A stretch of 64,000 nucleotides of DNA from Vicinamibacterales bacterium (GTDB lineage: Bacteria; Acidobacteriota; Vicinamibacteria; Vicinamibacterales; UBA2999), in the NCBI GenBank assembly GCA_050250645.1, contig JBFWOG010000002.1, positions 71,691 to 135,690 of the forward strand. The letters run 5' to 3'. Each line of letters begins with the position of its first letter. The first letter of the stretch is position 1. Both the position numbers and the translations under genes were made by a program. The notes beneath the pieces are model-generated. The model was not told the origin of the DNA, made no database searches, and worked only from the letters and a program-made list of their open reading frames with translations. Of the stretch, positions 44,558-53,962 are shown in pieces.

Positions 44558-44606
44558 CAGAACCTCCCCCTTAGGACAATACGGGAGCGGTGGGGGGCAT
44601 GTTTCC

Positions 44607-44636
44607 TTGACAGCCTTTCAAACCGCTGAATACGAT
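44607..44636 (+). promoter_or_regulatory. Candidate sigma70 promoter heading the OMP-pilBTC transcription unit
   Basis: TTGACA (44607-44612), an 18-nt spacer, then TACGAT (44631-44636), in a locally AT-rich divergent spacer. Confidence 0.45.
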
Positions 44637-44700
44637 GGATTTTTTGCCACGCGCCGCGACCATCGCGCGCCTTTTGTATCTTCAAAACGACAAATTCCAT

Positions 44701-45711
44701 ATGTCCAAAGCACGAAGCGGTCTCTGGCTGCTGGGGTTGGTCCTGGCGTGTCCCGGCACGGTGGCGGGGCAGAGCCCCGGGACCCGGGCCGCCGGCATGG
44801 GGACCGCCTTCGTGGCGGTCGCAGACGATGCCTCGGCAGTGTACTGGAACCCCGCCGGCGTGGCGACAGGGCCGTATTTCGGCGCCGAGGCCGACCTGGG
44901 GGAACTGGTGGCCCACCCTGATGAGACGCCGCTCGAGGCCCGGACGGTCGGCTCCCGGGCCACGAGCCGGCTGTTGGCGCTGTCGGTGCCGCCTCTCGGG
45001 CTGAGCTACTACCGGCTTTCCCGTGTGCAGATCGCCCCTGCAGTGGCGGGCGCACCCGGCCGAGAAGATGGACGGGTCAGTGCCAGCCGCCTCACGACGA
45101 GCCACTGGGGCGCCACGCTCCTCCAGTCGGTCGGGGAATACGTCACGGTGGCGACGACGCTCAAGCTCGTCCGGGGCGACGTGGCGAGCGGCCTGGTGCC
45201 GGCGGGCGACTGGGGAGCCACGTTCGACGCGGCCGACGGCGTGGCCGGCGTGCAGGCCTCGAAGGCGGATGTCGACGTCGGGGTCATGATGGCGGTCGAA
45301 CGGGTACACCTCGGCCTGGTGGCGCGGAACCTGCGCCGGCCGGAGTTCGGGGACGCCGGGGCCGGCGAGCCGTCGGCGCGCCTGGACCGCGAGGTCCGGG
45401 TCGGGGCGGCCTTCGGCACGGGCTGGCCCGGGCGGTCGGACCTGATCCTGGCGGTGGATGCGGACCTGACGACGCGGTCGGATCCGAGTGGCGACCGGCG
45501 GGACGTGGCCGCGGGCGCCGAGACCTGGTGGCTCGGGGGCCGCCTGGGGGTGCGGGGCGGCGTCCGGGCGAGCGGGGTGGGCGCGCGCCGGACGGTGACG
45601 TCGGCCGGCGTCTCGGTGGGCCTCACCCAGAGCTTCTTCGTCGACGCGCAGGTGACCGGCGGCGGGGGAATCGACCGCGGCTGGGGCGCCGGCGCCCGAA
45701 TCGTGTTCTGA
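44701..45711 (+). CDS. Predicted outer-membrane beta-barrel protein with a PorV/PorQ- or TraF-like N-terminal motif
   Basis: Signal peptide, then GTRAAGMGTAFVAVADDASAVYWNPAGVA. Alternating beta-strand pattern and a C-terminal ...GAGARIVF aromatic terminus. Confidence 0.6.
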   Translation: MSKARSGLWLLGLVLACPGTVAGQSPGTRAAGMGTAFVAVADDASAVYWNPAGVATGPYFGAEADLGELVAHPDETPLEARTVGSRATSRLLALSVPPLGLSYYRLSRVQIAPAVAGAPGREDGRVSASRLTTSHWGATLLQSVGEYVTVATTLKLVRGDVASGLVPAGDWGATFDAADGVAGVQASKADVDVGVMMAVERVHLGLVARNLRRPEFGDAGAGEPSARLDREVRVGAAFGTGWPGRSDLILAVDADLTTRSDPSGDRRDVAAGAETWWLGGRLGVRGGVRASGVGARRTVTSAGVSVGLTQSFFVDAQVTGGGGIDRGWGAGARIVF

Positions 45712-45749
45712 CGTAGGTGGCGTAGGACTGGAGTCCTGGCGAGCAGGCG

Positions 45750-47498
45750 ATGCCGGTACGGATAGGGGAGCTGCTTCTCAAGGAGAAGCGCATCACGCCG
45801 GAGCAGTTGCAGGAGGCCCTGGCCTACCAGCGACAGCACGGGGGCAAGCTCGGGGCGAACCTCGTGAAGCTGTCGTACGTCCGGGACGAGGAGATCACCG
45901 CGCTCCTCTCCAAGCAGTACGGCGTGCCGTCGATCTCGCTCGGGCAGTTCGAGATCGACGGGGCCGTCATCAAGCTCATCCCCGCCGAGACCGCCCGCAA
46001 GTACCAGATCGTCCCGCTCAGCCGCGCTGGCGCGACGCTGACGATCGCGATGACGGACCCGACCAACGTGTTCGCCATGGACGACATCAAGTTCATGACG
46101 GGCTACAACGTCGAGCCGGTCGTCGCGTCGGAGACGGCGGTCTTCGAGGCGATCGAGAAGTACTACGGGGCGTCGTCGGCCGGGCCGCTCGTGGTGCCGG
46201 GCGAGAGTGCGCTCGACGTGGCCAACAAGGCGCTGGCCGACATGCCGGCGCTCGACGAGGGCGACGTCGAGGTGCTCGACGACCTCGAGGAGATCAGCGC
46301 CGAGGCGCTGACGCGCCAGGGCGAGGAAGCGCCGGTCATCAAGCTGGTGAACGTCATCCTGATGTCGGCGATCTCCAAGGGCGCGAGCGACATCCACATC
46401 GAGCCCTACGAGAAGGAATACCGCATCCGCTACCGGATGGACGGCATCCTCTACAACATCATGTCGCCGCCGCTCAAGATGCGCGACGCCATCACGTCGC
46501 GCATCAAGATCATGGCGAAGCTCGACATCGCCGAGAAGCGCCTGCCCCAGGACGGCCGCATCAAGATCCGCTTCTCGGACGACGGCGCGGCCAAGGACAT
46601 CGACTTCCGCGTCTCGTGCCTGCCGACGCTGTTTGGCGAGAAGATCGTGATGCGTCTGCTCGACAAGTCGAAGCTGATGCTGGACATGACCAGGCTCGGC
46701 TTCGAGTCGGCGTCGCTGGCGAAGCTCGAGCACGCGATCACGCGGCCCTGGGGCATGGTCCTCGTCACGGGCCCGACCGGCAGCGGCAAGACCAACACCC
46801 TCTACTCCTCGATCTCGCGCATCAACACCGCCGGCACCAACATCATGACCGCCGAGGACCCGGTCGAGTTCAACCTGCCGGGCGTCAACCAGGTGCAGGT
46901 CCGCGAGAACATCGGCCTGACGTTCGCGGCCGCGCTCCGCAGCTTCCTCCGCCAGGATCCCAACATCATCCTCGTCGGCGAGGTCCGCGACTTCGAGACC
47001 GCCGAGATCGCCGTCAAGGCGGCGCTCACGGGGCACCTGGTGCTCTCGACCCTCCACACCAACGACGCGCCGAGCACGATCAACCGCCTGATGAACATGG
47101 GCATCGAGCCGTTCCTCGTCGCCAGCTCGCTCAACCTCGTCTGCGCCCAGCGCCTCGTCCGCCGCGTCTGCTCGCACTGCAAGGTGACCGACGCCGTGCC
47201 CACGCAGGCGCTCGAGCAGGTCGGGTTCCCGCCGGACGAGATCGCCGGCATCACGGCCTACCGCGGGACGGGGTGCGACAAGTGCAACCAGACCGGCTAC
47301 AAGGGCCGCGTCGGCCTGTACGAGGTCATGGAGGTCACCGACGAGCTGCGCGAGCTCATCCTGGTCGGCGCCTCGGCCCTGGAGCTCCGGCGCAAGGCCA
47401 TCGACGACGGCATGGTCACGCTGCGCGGCTCGGGCCTCCAGAAGATTCGCGACGGCGTCACGTCGATCGAGGAAGTCCTGCGGGAAACGGTCCGCTGA
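45750..47498 (+). CDS. pilB: Type IV pilus assembly ATPase PilB (GspE family)
   Basis: 582 aa; N-terminal T2SSE_N-like domain, Walker A GPTGSGKTNTL, tetracysteine CSHC...CDKC. Confidence 0.92.
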   Translation: MPVRIGELLLKEKRITPEQLQEALAYQRQHGGKLGANLVKLSYVRDEEITALLSKQYGVPSISLGQFEIDGAVIKLIPAETARKYQIVPLSRAGATLTIAMTDPTNVFAMDDIKFMTGYNVEPVVASETAVFEAIEKYYGASSAGPLVVPGESALDVANKALADMPALDEGDVEVLDDLEEISAEALTRQGEEAPVIKLVNVILMSAISKGASDIHIEPYEKEYRIRYRMDGILYNIMSPPLKMRDAITSRIKIMAKLDIAEKRLPQDGRIKIRFSDDGAAKDIDFRVSCLPTLFGEKIVMRLLDKSKLMLDMTRLGFESASLAKLEHAITRPWGMVLVTGPTGSGKTNTLYSSISRINTAGTNIMTAEDPVEFNLPGVNQVQVRENIGLTFAAALRSFLRQDPNIILVGEVRDFETAEIAVKAALTGHLVLSTLHTNDAPSTINRLMNMGIEPFLVASSLNLVCAQRLVRRVCSHCKVTDAVPTQALEQVGFPPDEIAGITAYRGTGCDKCNQTGYKGRVGLYEVMEVTDELRELILVGASALELRRKAIDDGMVTLRGSGLQKIRDGVTSIEEVLRETVR

Positions 47499-47532
47499 CC
47501 CCGCGCCCACCCTGCCCCCGGAGTCCACCCGC

Positions 47533-48669
47533 ATGCCCACGCTGCCCGAACTGCTGAAGACGACGGTCGACCTCGGAGGCTCGGACCTCCACCTCTCGAT
47601 CAACACGCCGCCCCAGGTGCGCGTCGACGGGGAGCTGCGCCGCCTGGAGCAGCCCGACCTGACGCCCGCGGAGGTCAAGTCGCTCGCCTACAGCGTCCTG
47701 ACCGACGCCCAGAAGAAGCGCTTCGAGGAGACGCAGGAGCTCGACTTCTCGTTCGGCATCCGCGGGCTCGCGCGGTTCCGCTGCAACATGTTCAACCAGC
47801 GCGGCGCGGTCGGCGCGGTCTACCGCCAGATCCCCGAGCGGATCCGGACGTTCGACGAGCTGGGGCTGCCGGCCGTGACGGCCAAGCTGGCCGAGCGGCC
47901 GCGCGGGCTCGTCCTGGTCACGGGGCCGACCGGGTCGGGCAAGTCGACGACGCTGGCGGCGATGATCGACAAGATCAACACCGAGCGCCACGGGCACATC
48001 CTCACGATCGAGGACCCGATCGAGTACCTGCACGCGCACAAGAACTGCCTGGTCAACCAGCGCGAGGTCCACAGCGACACCCAGAGCTTCACCAACGCGC
48101 TGCGCGCCGCGCTCCGCGAGGACCCCGACATCGTCCTCATCGGCGAGATGCGCGACCTCGAGACGGTGGAGTCGGCGCTCAAGATCGCGGAGACGGGCCA
48201 CCTCACCTTCGGCACGCTGCACACGAACTCGGCCTCGTCGACCATCAACCGCATCATCGACGTCTTCCCGGCGCACCAGCAGGCCCAGATCCGCACCCAG
48301 CTGTCGCTGGTGCTCGAGGGCATCGTCTGCCAGGCCCTGCTGCCGCGGGCCAACGGGCAGGGGCGGGTGGTGGCGCTCGAGATCCTCGTGCCGACCCCGG
48401 GCATCCGGAACCTCATTCGCGAGGACAAGGTCCACCAGATCTACTCCGCGATGCAGACGGGGCAGGAGCGCCTCGGGATGCAGACGATGAACCAGTCGCT
48501 CGCCACGCTCTACTTCCGCCGGCAGATTTCGCTCGACGTGGCGCTCGGCGCCTCCTCGAACCGGGAGGAACTGCAGGAGATGATCAACCGCGGCGTCGGC
48601 GTGGTGCCGGGCGCGGGGCTGGGGCGGCCGGGCGGCCCCCCTGTGGGCGGACGCCCCCCGGGGCGGTAA
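47533..48669 (+). CDS. pilT: Type IV pilus retraction ATPase PilT
   Basis: GSDLHLS..., Walker A GPTGSGKSTTL, PilT signature VFPAHQQAQIRTQL. Gly/Pro-rich C-terminal tail. Confidence 0.92.
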   Translation: MPTLPELLKTTVDLGGSDLHLSINTPPQVRVDGELRRLEQPDLTPAEVKSLAYSVLTDAQKKRFEETQELDFSFGIRGLARFRCNMFNQRGAVGAVYRQIPERIRTFDELGLPAVTAKLAERPRGLVLVTGPTGSGKSTTLAAMIDKINTERHGHILTIEDPIEYLHAHKNCLVNQREVHSDTQSFTNALRAALREDPDIVLIGEMRDLETVESALKIAETGHLTFGTLHTNSASSTINRIIDVFPAHQQAQIRTQLSLVLEGIVCQALLPRANGQGRVVALEILVPTPGIRNLIREDKVHQIYSAMQTGQERLGMQTMNQSLATLYFRRQISLDVALGASSNREELQEMINRGVGVVPGAGLGRPGGPPVGGRPPGR

Positions 48670-48720
48670 GATCCAGACCGGTCACCCTGGCTCCCCCCAG
48701 GAACCCGAGGAACCACGACC

Positions 48721-49935
48721 ATGCCGACGTTTGCCTTCTCCGGTCGGACCCGCGGCGGTGAGTCGGTGTCGGGCGAGCGCGTCGCCGACACGATGGACGC
48801 GCTGGCCGCGGCGCTCCGGCGCGAGCAGATTCTCGTCACCCGGATCCAGCCCGTGTCGCGGCGTGCCGCGGCCGGCCCCAAGCGCCTGCGGGCCCGCGCG
48901 GTGCCCGCGAAGAACCTGGCGGTCTTCACCCGCCAGTTCTCGGTGATGATCGACGCGGGCCTGCCGCTCGTGCAGTGCCTCGACATCCTCGGCAACCAGG
49001 AGGACGACCGGCACTTCGCGCAGGTGATCCTGCAGACGCGCACCGACGTCGAGGGGGGGCAGTCGCTCGCCGACGCGATGAAGAAGCACCCCAAGGTGTT
49101 CGACCCGCTCTACACGAACATGATCGCGGCGGGCGAGGCCGGCGGCATCCTCGACACGATCCTCAAGCGCCTGGCGACCTACATCGAGAAGAACGTCAAG
49201 CTGAAGGCCCAGGTCAAGTCGGCGATGGTGTACCCGATCGCCGTCATCGTCATCGCGGCGGTGGTGGTGACGGTCATCCTGTGGAAGGTCATCCCGACCT
49301 TCGCGAGCCTGTTCGCGGGGCTCGGCGCCGAGCTGCCCCTGCCGACCCGCATCGTCATCGCGGCGAGCAACAACCTGATCCAGTTCATGCCCTTCATCCT
49401 GGTGGGGCTGGTCGTCGGGTCGATCGCGTTCCAGCGCTACTACGCCACCGAGGGCGGCCGGCGGGTCGTGGACGGCTCGCTGCTCAAGCTGCCGATCCTC
49501 GGGCCCATCCTGCGCAAGATCGCGGTGGCCCGGTTCTGCCGTACCCTCGCGACGCTGATGGCGTCGGGCGTGCCCATCCTCGACGGCCTCGACATCACGG
49601 CCCGCACCGCGGGCAACGCCATCATCGAGGACGCCGTCCAGGTGACCCGCAAGAGCATCGAGCGCGGCGAGACGATCTCGGGGCCCCTCAAGGACACCGG
49701 CGTGTTCCCCGGGATGGTCGTGCAGATGATCGGCGTCGGCGAGGCCACCGGCGCCCTCGACACGATGCTCGCCAAGATCGCCGACTTCTACGAGGAGGAG
49801 GTCGACGCGGCGGTCGCCGGCATGCTGACGCTCCTCGAGCCGGTGATGATCGCGTTCCTCGGGACCGTCGTCGGCGGCATCGTCATCGCGATGTACCTGC
49901 CGATCTTCGGCTTGATCAGCCAGCTGGCCGGATGA
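48721..49935 (+). CDS. pilC: Type IV pilus platform protein PilC (GspF family)
   Basis: 404 aa with two GspF repeats (...FTRQFSVMIDAGLPLVQCL... and ...FCRTLATLMASGVPILDGL...). Confidence 0.92.
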   Translation: MPTFAFSGRTRGGESVSGERVADTMDALAAALRREQILVTRIQPVSRRAAAGPKRLRARAVPAKNLAVFTRQFSVMIDAGLPLVQCLDILGNQEDDRHFAQVILQTRTDVEGGQSLADAMKKHPKVFDPLYTNMIAAGEAGGILDTILKRLATYIEKNVKLKAQVKSAMVYPIAVIVIAAVVVTVILWKVIPTFASLFAGLGAELPLPTRIVIAASNNLIQFMPFILVGLVVGSIAFQRYYATEGGRRVVDGSLLKLPILGPILRKIAVARFCRTLATLMASGVPILDGLDITARTAGNAIIEDAVQVTRKSIERGETISGPLKDTGVFPGMVVQMIGVGEATGALDTMLAKIADFYEEEVDAAVAGMLTLLEPVMIAFLGTVVGGIVIAMYLPIFGLISQLAG

Positions 49936-51614
49936 CACCCGGGACGCTCGGGCAGCGCCTGTCGACGCACATCGCGCTCAGGCTCGCCGTCGCCACGGCG
50001 CTGCTGGGGTCGGCCGTCATCGTGCAGGTGCGTTCACCGGGCGCCTTCCCGGTGAACCCCCTGTTCGTCCTCATCGGCGTGGTCTACGCGGTCAGCCTCG
50101 TGTTCATCGCCACGCTCCGGTTCGTCGACCGCTTCCCGTGGCTCACCGACGTCCACTTCGCGATCGACGCGCTGCTCGTCTCCGCCTGCATCTACCTGAC
50201 GGGCGGCGTCACGAGCCTCTTCTCGTCGCTCTACGTGCTGCCCATCGTCGCGGCCAGCACCATCCAGTTCCGGCGGGGCGCCCTGCAGGTGGCGGCCCTG
50301 AGCGCCGTCCTCTACGGCGGGCTCGTCCTGGCGCAGTTCCTGGAGGCCACCGGCAACCTGGATCCGCTCTTCGGCGTCGCGATGGTGGTGGACCTGCCCT
50401 CGGCCCGCGTGGCCCAGTACACCGTGGGGCTGAACGTGTTCGGCTTCTTCGCGGCGGCGTTCCTGAGCGGCTCGCTCGCCGAGCGCGTCAGGCGGGCGGA
50501 TGTCCGCCTCGAGCAGGCCTCCGAGGCGATCGCCGACCTGCAGGCGTTCAACCAGTACGTCGTCGACAACCTCCTGAGCGGCCTGGCGACGGCCGACGAG
50601 CGGAACCGCCTGCTCACGTTCAACCGCGCCGCGACGATCATCACCGGCGTCTCGCTCGCCAACGCCCTGGGCCGGGACGCCTGCGAGGCCCTCCAGGTGC
50701 CCCGGGAACTCGCCGAGACGCTGCCCGGGACGCTCGCCCGCACCCGCAGCCACCGCATCGACGTGACCTACCAGCGGCCGGACGGCGGCACGATCGACCT
50801 CGGGCTCACCGTGGCGCAGCTGCCGCTGCCGGACGGCCGGCGCGGCTACCTCTACACCTTCCAGGACATCACCGAGTTCAAGCGCCTCGAGCAGGGCGCC
50901 CAGCTGCAGCGCCGACTGGCCGCGGTGGGCGAGATGGCGGCAGGGATCGCCCACGAGATCCGGAACCCGCTGGCGTCGATGTCCGGGTCGATGCAGATGC
51001 TCCGGCAGGAGCTCGCCCTGACGGGCGACCAGGCGCAGCTCATGGACATCGTCCTGCGCGAGTCGGATCGCCTGAACGAGACGATCCGCTCCTTCCTCGC
51101 GTACGCGCGGCCCCAGCCGATCGAGGTGCGCCGCCTCGACCTCGGGCGCATCCTCGAGGAGACCGCGACGCTGCTCCGCAACAGCACCGAGATCGGCGAT
51201 GCGCACGAGGTCGAGGTGGACCTGCCGCCGGACCCGGTGTACCTGGAGGCCGACGAGGGCCAGGTGCGCCAGATCGTCTGGAACCTCTCGACCAACGGCC
51301 TCCGGGCGATGCCCGGCGGCGGCCGCCTGCACCTGGCCGCGCGCCTCGAGGCGGCCGCGGACGGCGCCCTGCAGCCCGTGCTGGTCGTGCGCGACGAGGG
51401 GGTCGGCATCCCCGCCCAGGAACTCGACGGCATCTTCCAGCCCTTCAAGGGCTCGTTCGGCAAGGGGACCGGGCTGGGGCTCGCGATCGTCTACCGCATC
51501 GTCTCCGACTACCACGGCCACATCGACGTCGAGTCCAGCCCCGGCGCGGGCACGACGTTCCGCGTGGTCTTTCCCGCGCCCCGCCGCTCCGCGGCGGCGC
51601 GGCAGGCGTCATGA
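49932..51614 (+). CDS. pilS: PilS-like sensor histidine kinase (polytopic N-terminus, PAS, HisKA, HATPase)
   Basis: ATGA overlap with pilC. About 6 TM, then H-box GIAHEIRNPL and G-box GTGLGLAIVYRIV. Confidence 0.85.
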   Translation: MTPGTLGQRLSTHIALRLAVATALLGSAVIVQVRSPGAFPVNPLFVLIGVVYAVSLVFIATLRFVDRFPWLTDVHFAIDALLVSACIYLTGGVTSLFSSLYVLPIVAASTIQFRRGALQVAALSAVLYGGLVLAQFLEATGNLDPLFGVAMVVDLPSARVAQYTVGLNVFGFFAAAFLSGSLAERVRRADVRLEQASEAIADLQAFNQYVVDNLLSGLATADERNRLLTFNRAATIITGVSLANALGRDACEALQVPRELAETLPGTLARTRSHRIDVTYQRPDGGTIDLGLTVAQLPLPDGRRGYLYTFQDITEFKRLEQGAQLQRRLAAVGEMAAGIAHEIRNPLASMSGSMQMLRQELALTGDQAQLMDIVLRESDRLNETIRSFLAYARPQPIEVRRLDLGRILEETATLLRNSTEIGDAHEVEVDLPPDPVYLEADEGQVRQIVWNLSTNGLRAMPGGGRLHLAARLEAAADGALQPVLVVRDEGVGIPAQELDGIFQPFKGSFGKGTGLGLAIVYRIVSDYHGHIDVESSPGAGTTFRVVFPAPRRSAAARQAS

Positions 51615-53035
51615 CCCCGACCCCGCTCCCGCCCGCGGCGCCGCCCCGCATCCTGATCGTCGACGACGAGCAGTCGATGCGCGAGTGGATGCGCATCCTG
51701 TTCCAGCGTGACGGCTTCGACGTCGTCAGCGCCGCCGACGGCGCCGCCGCCCGCGAGATCGTCGCGCGCGAGTTCCTCGACGTGGTGCTGACCGACATCC
51801 GGATGCCCCGGGTCGACGGCGTCGAGCTGCTCGCCGCCGTGCGGCAGCTCGCGCCCGACGTCATCGTCTGCATGATGACCGCGCACTGGACCCGCGACTC
51901 CGAGGAGTGGGAGCGCGCGCGGGCCATGGGGGCCGAGGCGCTCTTCGAGAAGCCGTTCCGCGACGTCAACCTCGTCACCCTCCAGGTGCGCCAGTTGATC
52001 GAGGCGCGGCGGGTCCGGCACGAGCGCGACGTCCTCCGGCAGACGATCGAGAGCCAGGGCTTCGCCGGCATCATCGGCCACAGCCCGGCCATGCTCGAGG
52101 TCTTCCGCCTCGTCGAGACCGTCTGCCGCACCCACAGCACGATCCTCGTGACCGGCGAGTCCGGCACCGGCAAGGAGCTCGTCGCGCGCGCAATCCACCA
52201 GCTCTCCCTGCGCCGCGACCACCCCTTCGTCGCGGTCAACTGCGGCGCGATGCCGGAGGCGCTGCTCGAGTCCGAGCTCTTCGGCCACGTCCGCGGCGCC
52301 TTCACCGGCGCCGACCAGGCGAAGAAGGGCCTCATCGAGGCGGCCGACAAGGGCACCGTCTTCCTCGACGAGATCGGCGAGATGAGCCCGACGATGCAGG
52401 TGAAGCTGCTGCGGGTGCTGCAGGAGCGCCGCTACCGCCGGGTCGGCGGCACCGACGAGATCGCCGCGGACATCCGGGTGATCGCGGCGACCAACCGTGA
52501 CCTGCCCGAGCTCGTCGCCAGCGGCCGGTTCCGCGAGGACCTCTTCTACCGGCTCAACGTGATCCCGATCCGGCTGCCCGCGCTGCGGGAGCGGCCGGAG
52601 GACGTGCCGATCATCGCGGCCCACTTCCTGGCCCGGTTCAACCGCGAGATGGGCAAGGCCGTCGCCGGCTTCACCCCCGAGGCGCTCGCCGCCCTCAAGG
52701 CCTACCCGTGGCCCGGCAACGTCCGCGAGCTCGAGAACATCGTCGAGCGCGCCGTCGCGCTCGAGCCGGGCGAGCTGATCGAGGCCGGCTCGCTGCCGGC
52801 CCACCTGCGCGCCGGCGAGCCCGCCACGCCGATCCGGCCCGCGGATGCCGCCGGCGCCGCCGCGGCGGCGCCCGGCCCGGGCTTCAGCCTCGAGCGTCAC
52901 CTGCAGGAGATCGAGCGCACGCACCTCGAGCGGGCGCTGGCGCAGGCCGACGGCGTGCAGGTCCGTGCAGCCGAGCTGCTGGGCCTGACCTTCCGGCAGT
53001 TCCGGTACCTCGCGAAGAAGCACCACCTCAAGTAG
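51611..53035 (+). CDS. pilR: PilR-like sigma54-dependent response regulator (NtrC family)
   Basis: ATGA overlap with pilS. Receiver ([10 protein letters not shown]), AAA+ [21 protein letters not shown] motif, C-terminal HTH. Confidence 0.9.
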   Translation: MTPTPLPPAAPPRILIVDDEQSMREWMRILFQRDGFDVVSAADGAAAREIVAREFLDVVLTDIRMPRVDGVELLAAVRQLAPDVIVCMMTAHWTRDSEEWERARAMGAEALFEKPFRDVNLVTLQVRQLIEARRVRHERDVLRQTIESQGFAGIIGHSPAMLEVFRLVETVCRTHSTILVTGESGTGKELVARAIHQLSLRRDHPFVAVNCGAMPEALLESELFGHVRGAFTGADQAKKGLIEAADKGTVFLDEIGEMSPTMQVKLLRVLQERRYRRVGGTDEIAADIRVIAATNRDLPELVASGRFREDLFYRLNVIPIRLPALRERPEDVPIIAAHFLARFNREMGKAVAGFTPEALAALKAYPWPGNVRELENIVERAVALEPGELIEAGSLPAHLRAGEPATPIRPADAAGAAAAAPGPGFSLERHLQEIERTHLERALAQADGVQVRAAELLGLTFRQFRYLAKKHHLK

Positions 53036-53041
53036 GGGCGA

Positions 53042-53080
53042 CTGACAGGCCGTGGCACCGGCGGTGACACGGATTGTCAG
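53042..53080 (+). promoter_or_regulatory. Nested imperfect palindrome: candidate enhancer (PilR-binding) site or pilR terminator stem
   Basis: CTGACA..GTGGCAC-cggcg-GTGACAC..TGTCAG. Lies about 110-150 nt upstream of the sigma54 -24/-12 element. No U-tract follows. Confidence 0.35.
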
Positions 53081-53189
53081 CCGCGCCGTGCCGGCCGCTG
53101 GTTCCCCCGTCCGCCCGGCTCGTCCCGTGGCTGCCCAACTCGCTTCGGATGAACGACTTGGCTGGTTTCCGCCGGTCCGCGGCCAGTGG

Positions 53190-53205
53190 TGGTACGGGGG
53201 TTGCT
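53190..53205 (+). promoter_or_regulatory. Sigma54 (-24/-12) promoter upstream of the first pilin gene
   Basis: TGGTACG-GGGG-TTGCT versus consensus TGGCACG-N4-TTGCW, with exact GG/GC spacing. Lies 127 nt upstream of the pilin ATG and directly downstream of a sigma54 activator gene. Confidence 0.75.
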
Positions 53206-53331
53206 CATGAAAGCGCCCGGAGTCGCTGCCCACGAGACGGCGGCGTCGCCAGAGGAACGACCCCGGGGTCGGCCCGAGCCGCAGAACGGCGCGGGGACCC
53301 GGAGCATCCAGTCACCAGGGAGACCACGACC

Positions 53332-53871
53332 ATGCGGATCCAGAACAACAAGGGCTTCACCCTCATCGAGCTGCTCATCGTCGTCGCGATCATCGGCATC
53401 ATCGCCGCCATTGCGGTGCCGGGCCTGCTGCGCGCCCGCATGTCGGGCAACGAGGCGTCGGCCATCGGCTCCCTGCGCGCGATCAACAGCTCGCAGCAGG
53501 CGTTCTCGTCGAGCTGCGGCAACGGCTTCTACGCGGTCGACCTCGTCGTCCTCGGCACGCCCCCCACCGTCGGCGGCGGCGCGGCGTTCATCAGCCCCGA
53601 CCTGGTGCCCGCGGCCGGCACGTCGGTGACCAAGAGCGGCTACACGATCGACCTGCAGGCGACGGCGGACGCGACGGCGCCGGCCTCGTGCAACGCGGGC
53701 GACGTGGCGGGCGGCTACTACGCCTACGGCGACCCGATCACCGCGGGGTCGACCGGCCAGCGCTACTTCTGGACGAACACCAGCGGCACGATCTACCAGG
53801 ACGATGCCGGCACGCTGTCGGGCGAGACCACGCTCACGGGCGCGCCCGCGTCGGGCACGGCGATCCAGTAA
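53332..53871 (+). CDS. pilA: Type IVa major pilin candidate (copy 1)
   Basis: MRIQNNKG|FTLIELLIVVAIIGIIAAIAVPG, with a class III signal, Gly-1, Phe+1 and Glu+5. 179 aa, 2 Cys. The ORF-track 5' extension is rejected. Confidence 0.92.
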   Translation: MRIQNNKGFTLIELLIVVAIIGIIAAIAVPGLLRARMSGNEASAIGSLRAINSSQQAFSSSCGNGFYAVDLVVLGTPPTVGGGAAFISPDLVPAAGTSVTKSGYTIDLQATADATAPASCNAGDVAGGYYAYGDPITAGSTGQRYFWTNTSGTIYQDDAGTLSGETTLTGAPASGTAIQ

Positions 53872-53898
53872 CCGGCAGACCGCTCGGCGAACCGGCGG

Positions 53899-53923
53899 GG
53901 GCGCGGCCGCGATGGCCGCGCCC
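53899..53923 (+). terminator. GC hairpin between the two pilin genes (terminator or attenuator candidate)
   Basis: GGGCGCGGCC-gcgat-GGCCGCGCCC, a 10-bp perfect stem followed by TTCGCCGTTCC (weak U-tract). Confidence 0.5.
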
Positions 53924-53962
53924 TTCGCCGTTCCGGGCTCGCTCCCCCCAGGGACCACCAGC

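Noticed and set aside
53051-53058. TGGCAC hexamers at 53053-53058 and 60652-60657 as possible sigma54 -24 boxes.
   Set aside because: No TTGC-type -12 element lies at the required spacing. Both sit inside palindromic stems and are better explained as hairpin or binding-site arms.
53074-53331. In-frame 86-codon extension upstream of the first pilin in the ORF track. Similar 5' extensions occur on the second pilin (53804), the Rieske protein (12776), RR (6598), L15 (28834), S4 (33615), S12 (16893), carbonic anhydrase (36187), the adaptor (44486) and the second permease (42002).
   Set aside because: The extensions are low-complexity, destroy signal-peptide or prepilin-leader geometry, and overlap promoters or upstream genes. 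Conserved N-termini with plausible SD sequences are found at the internal starts that were used.
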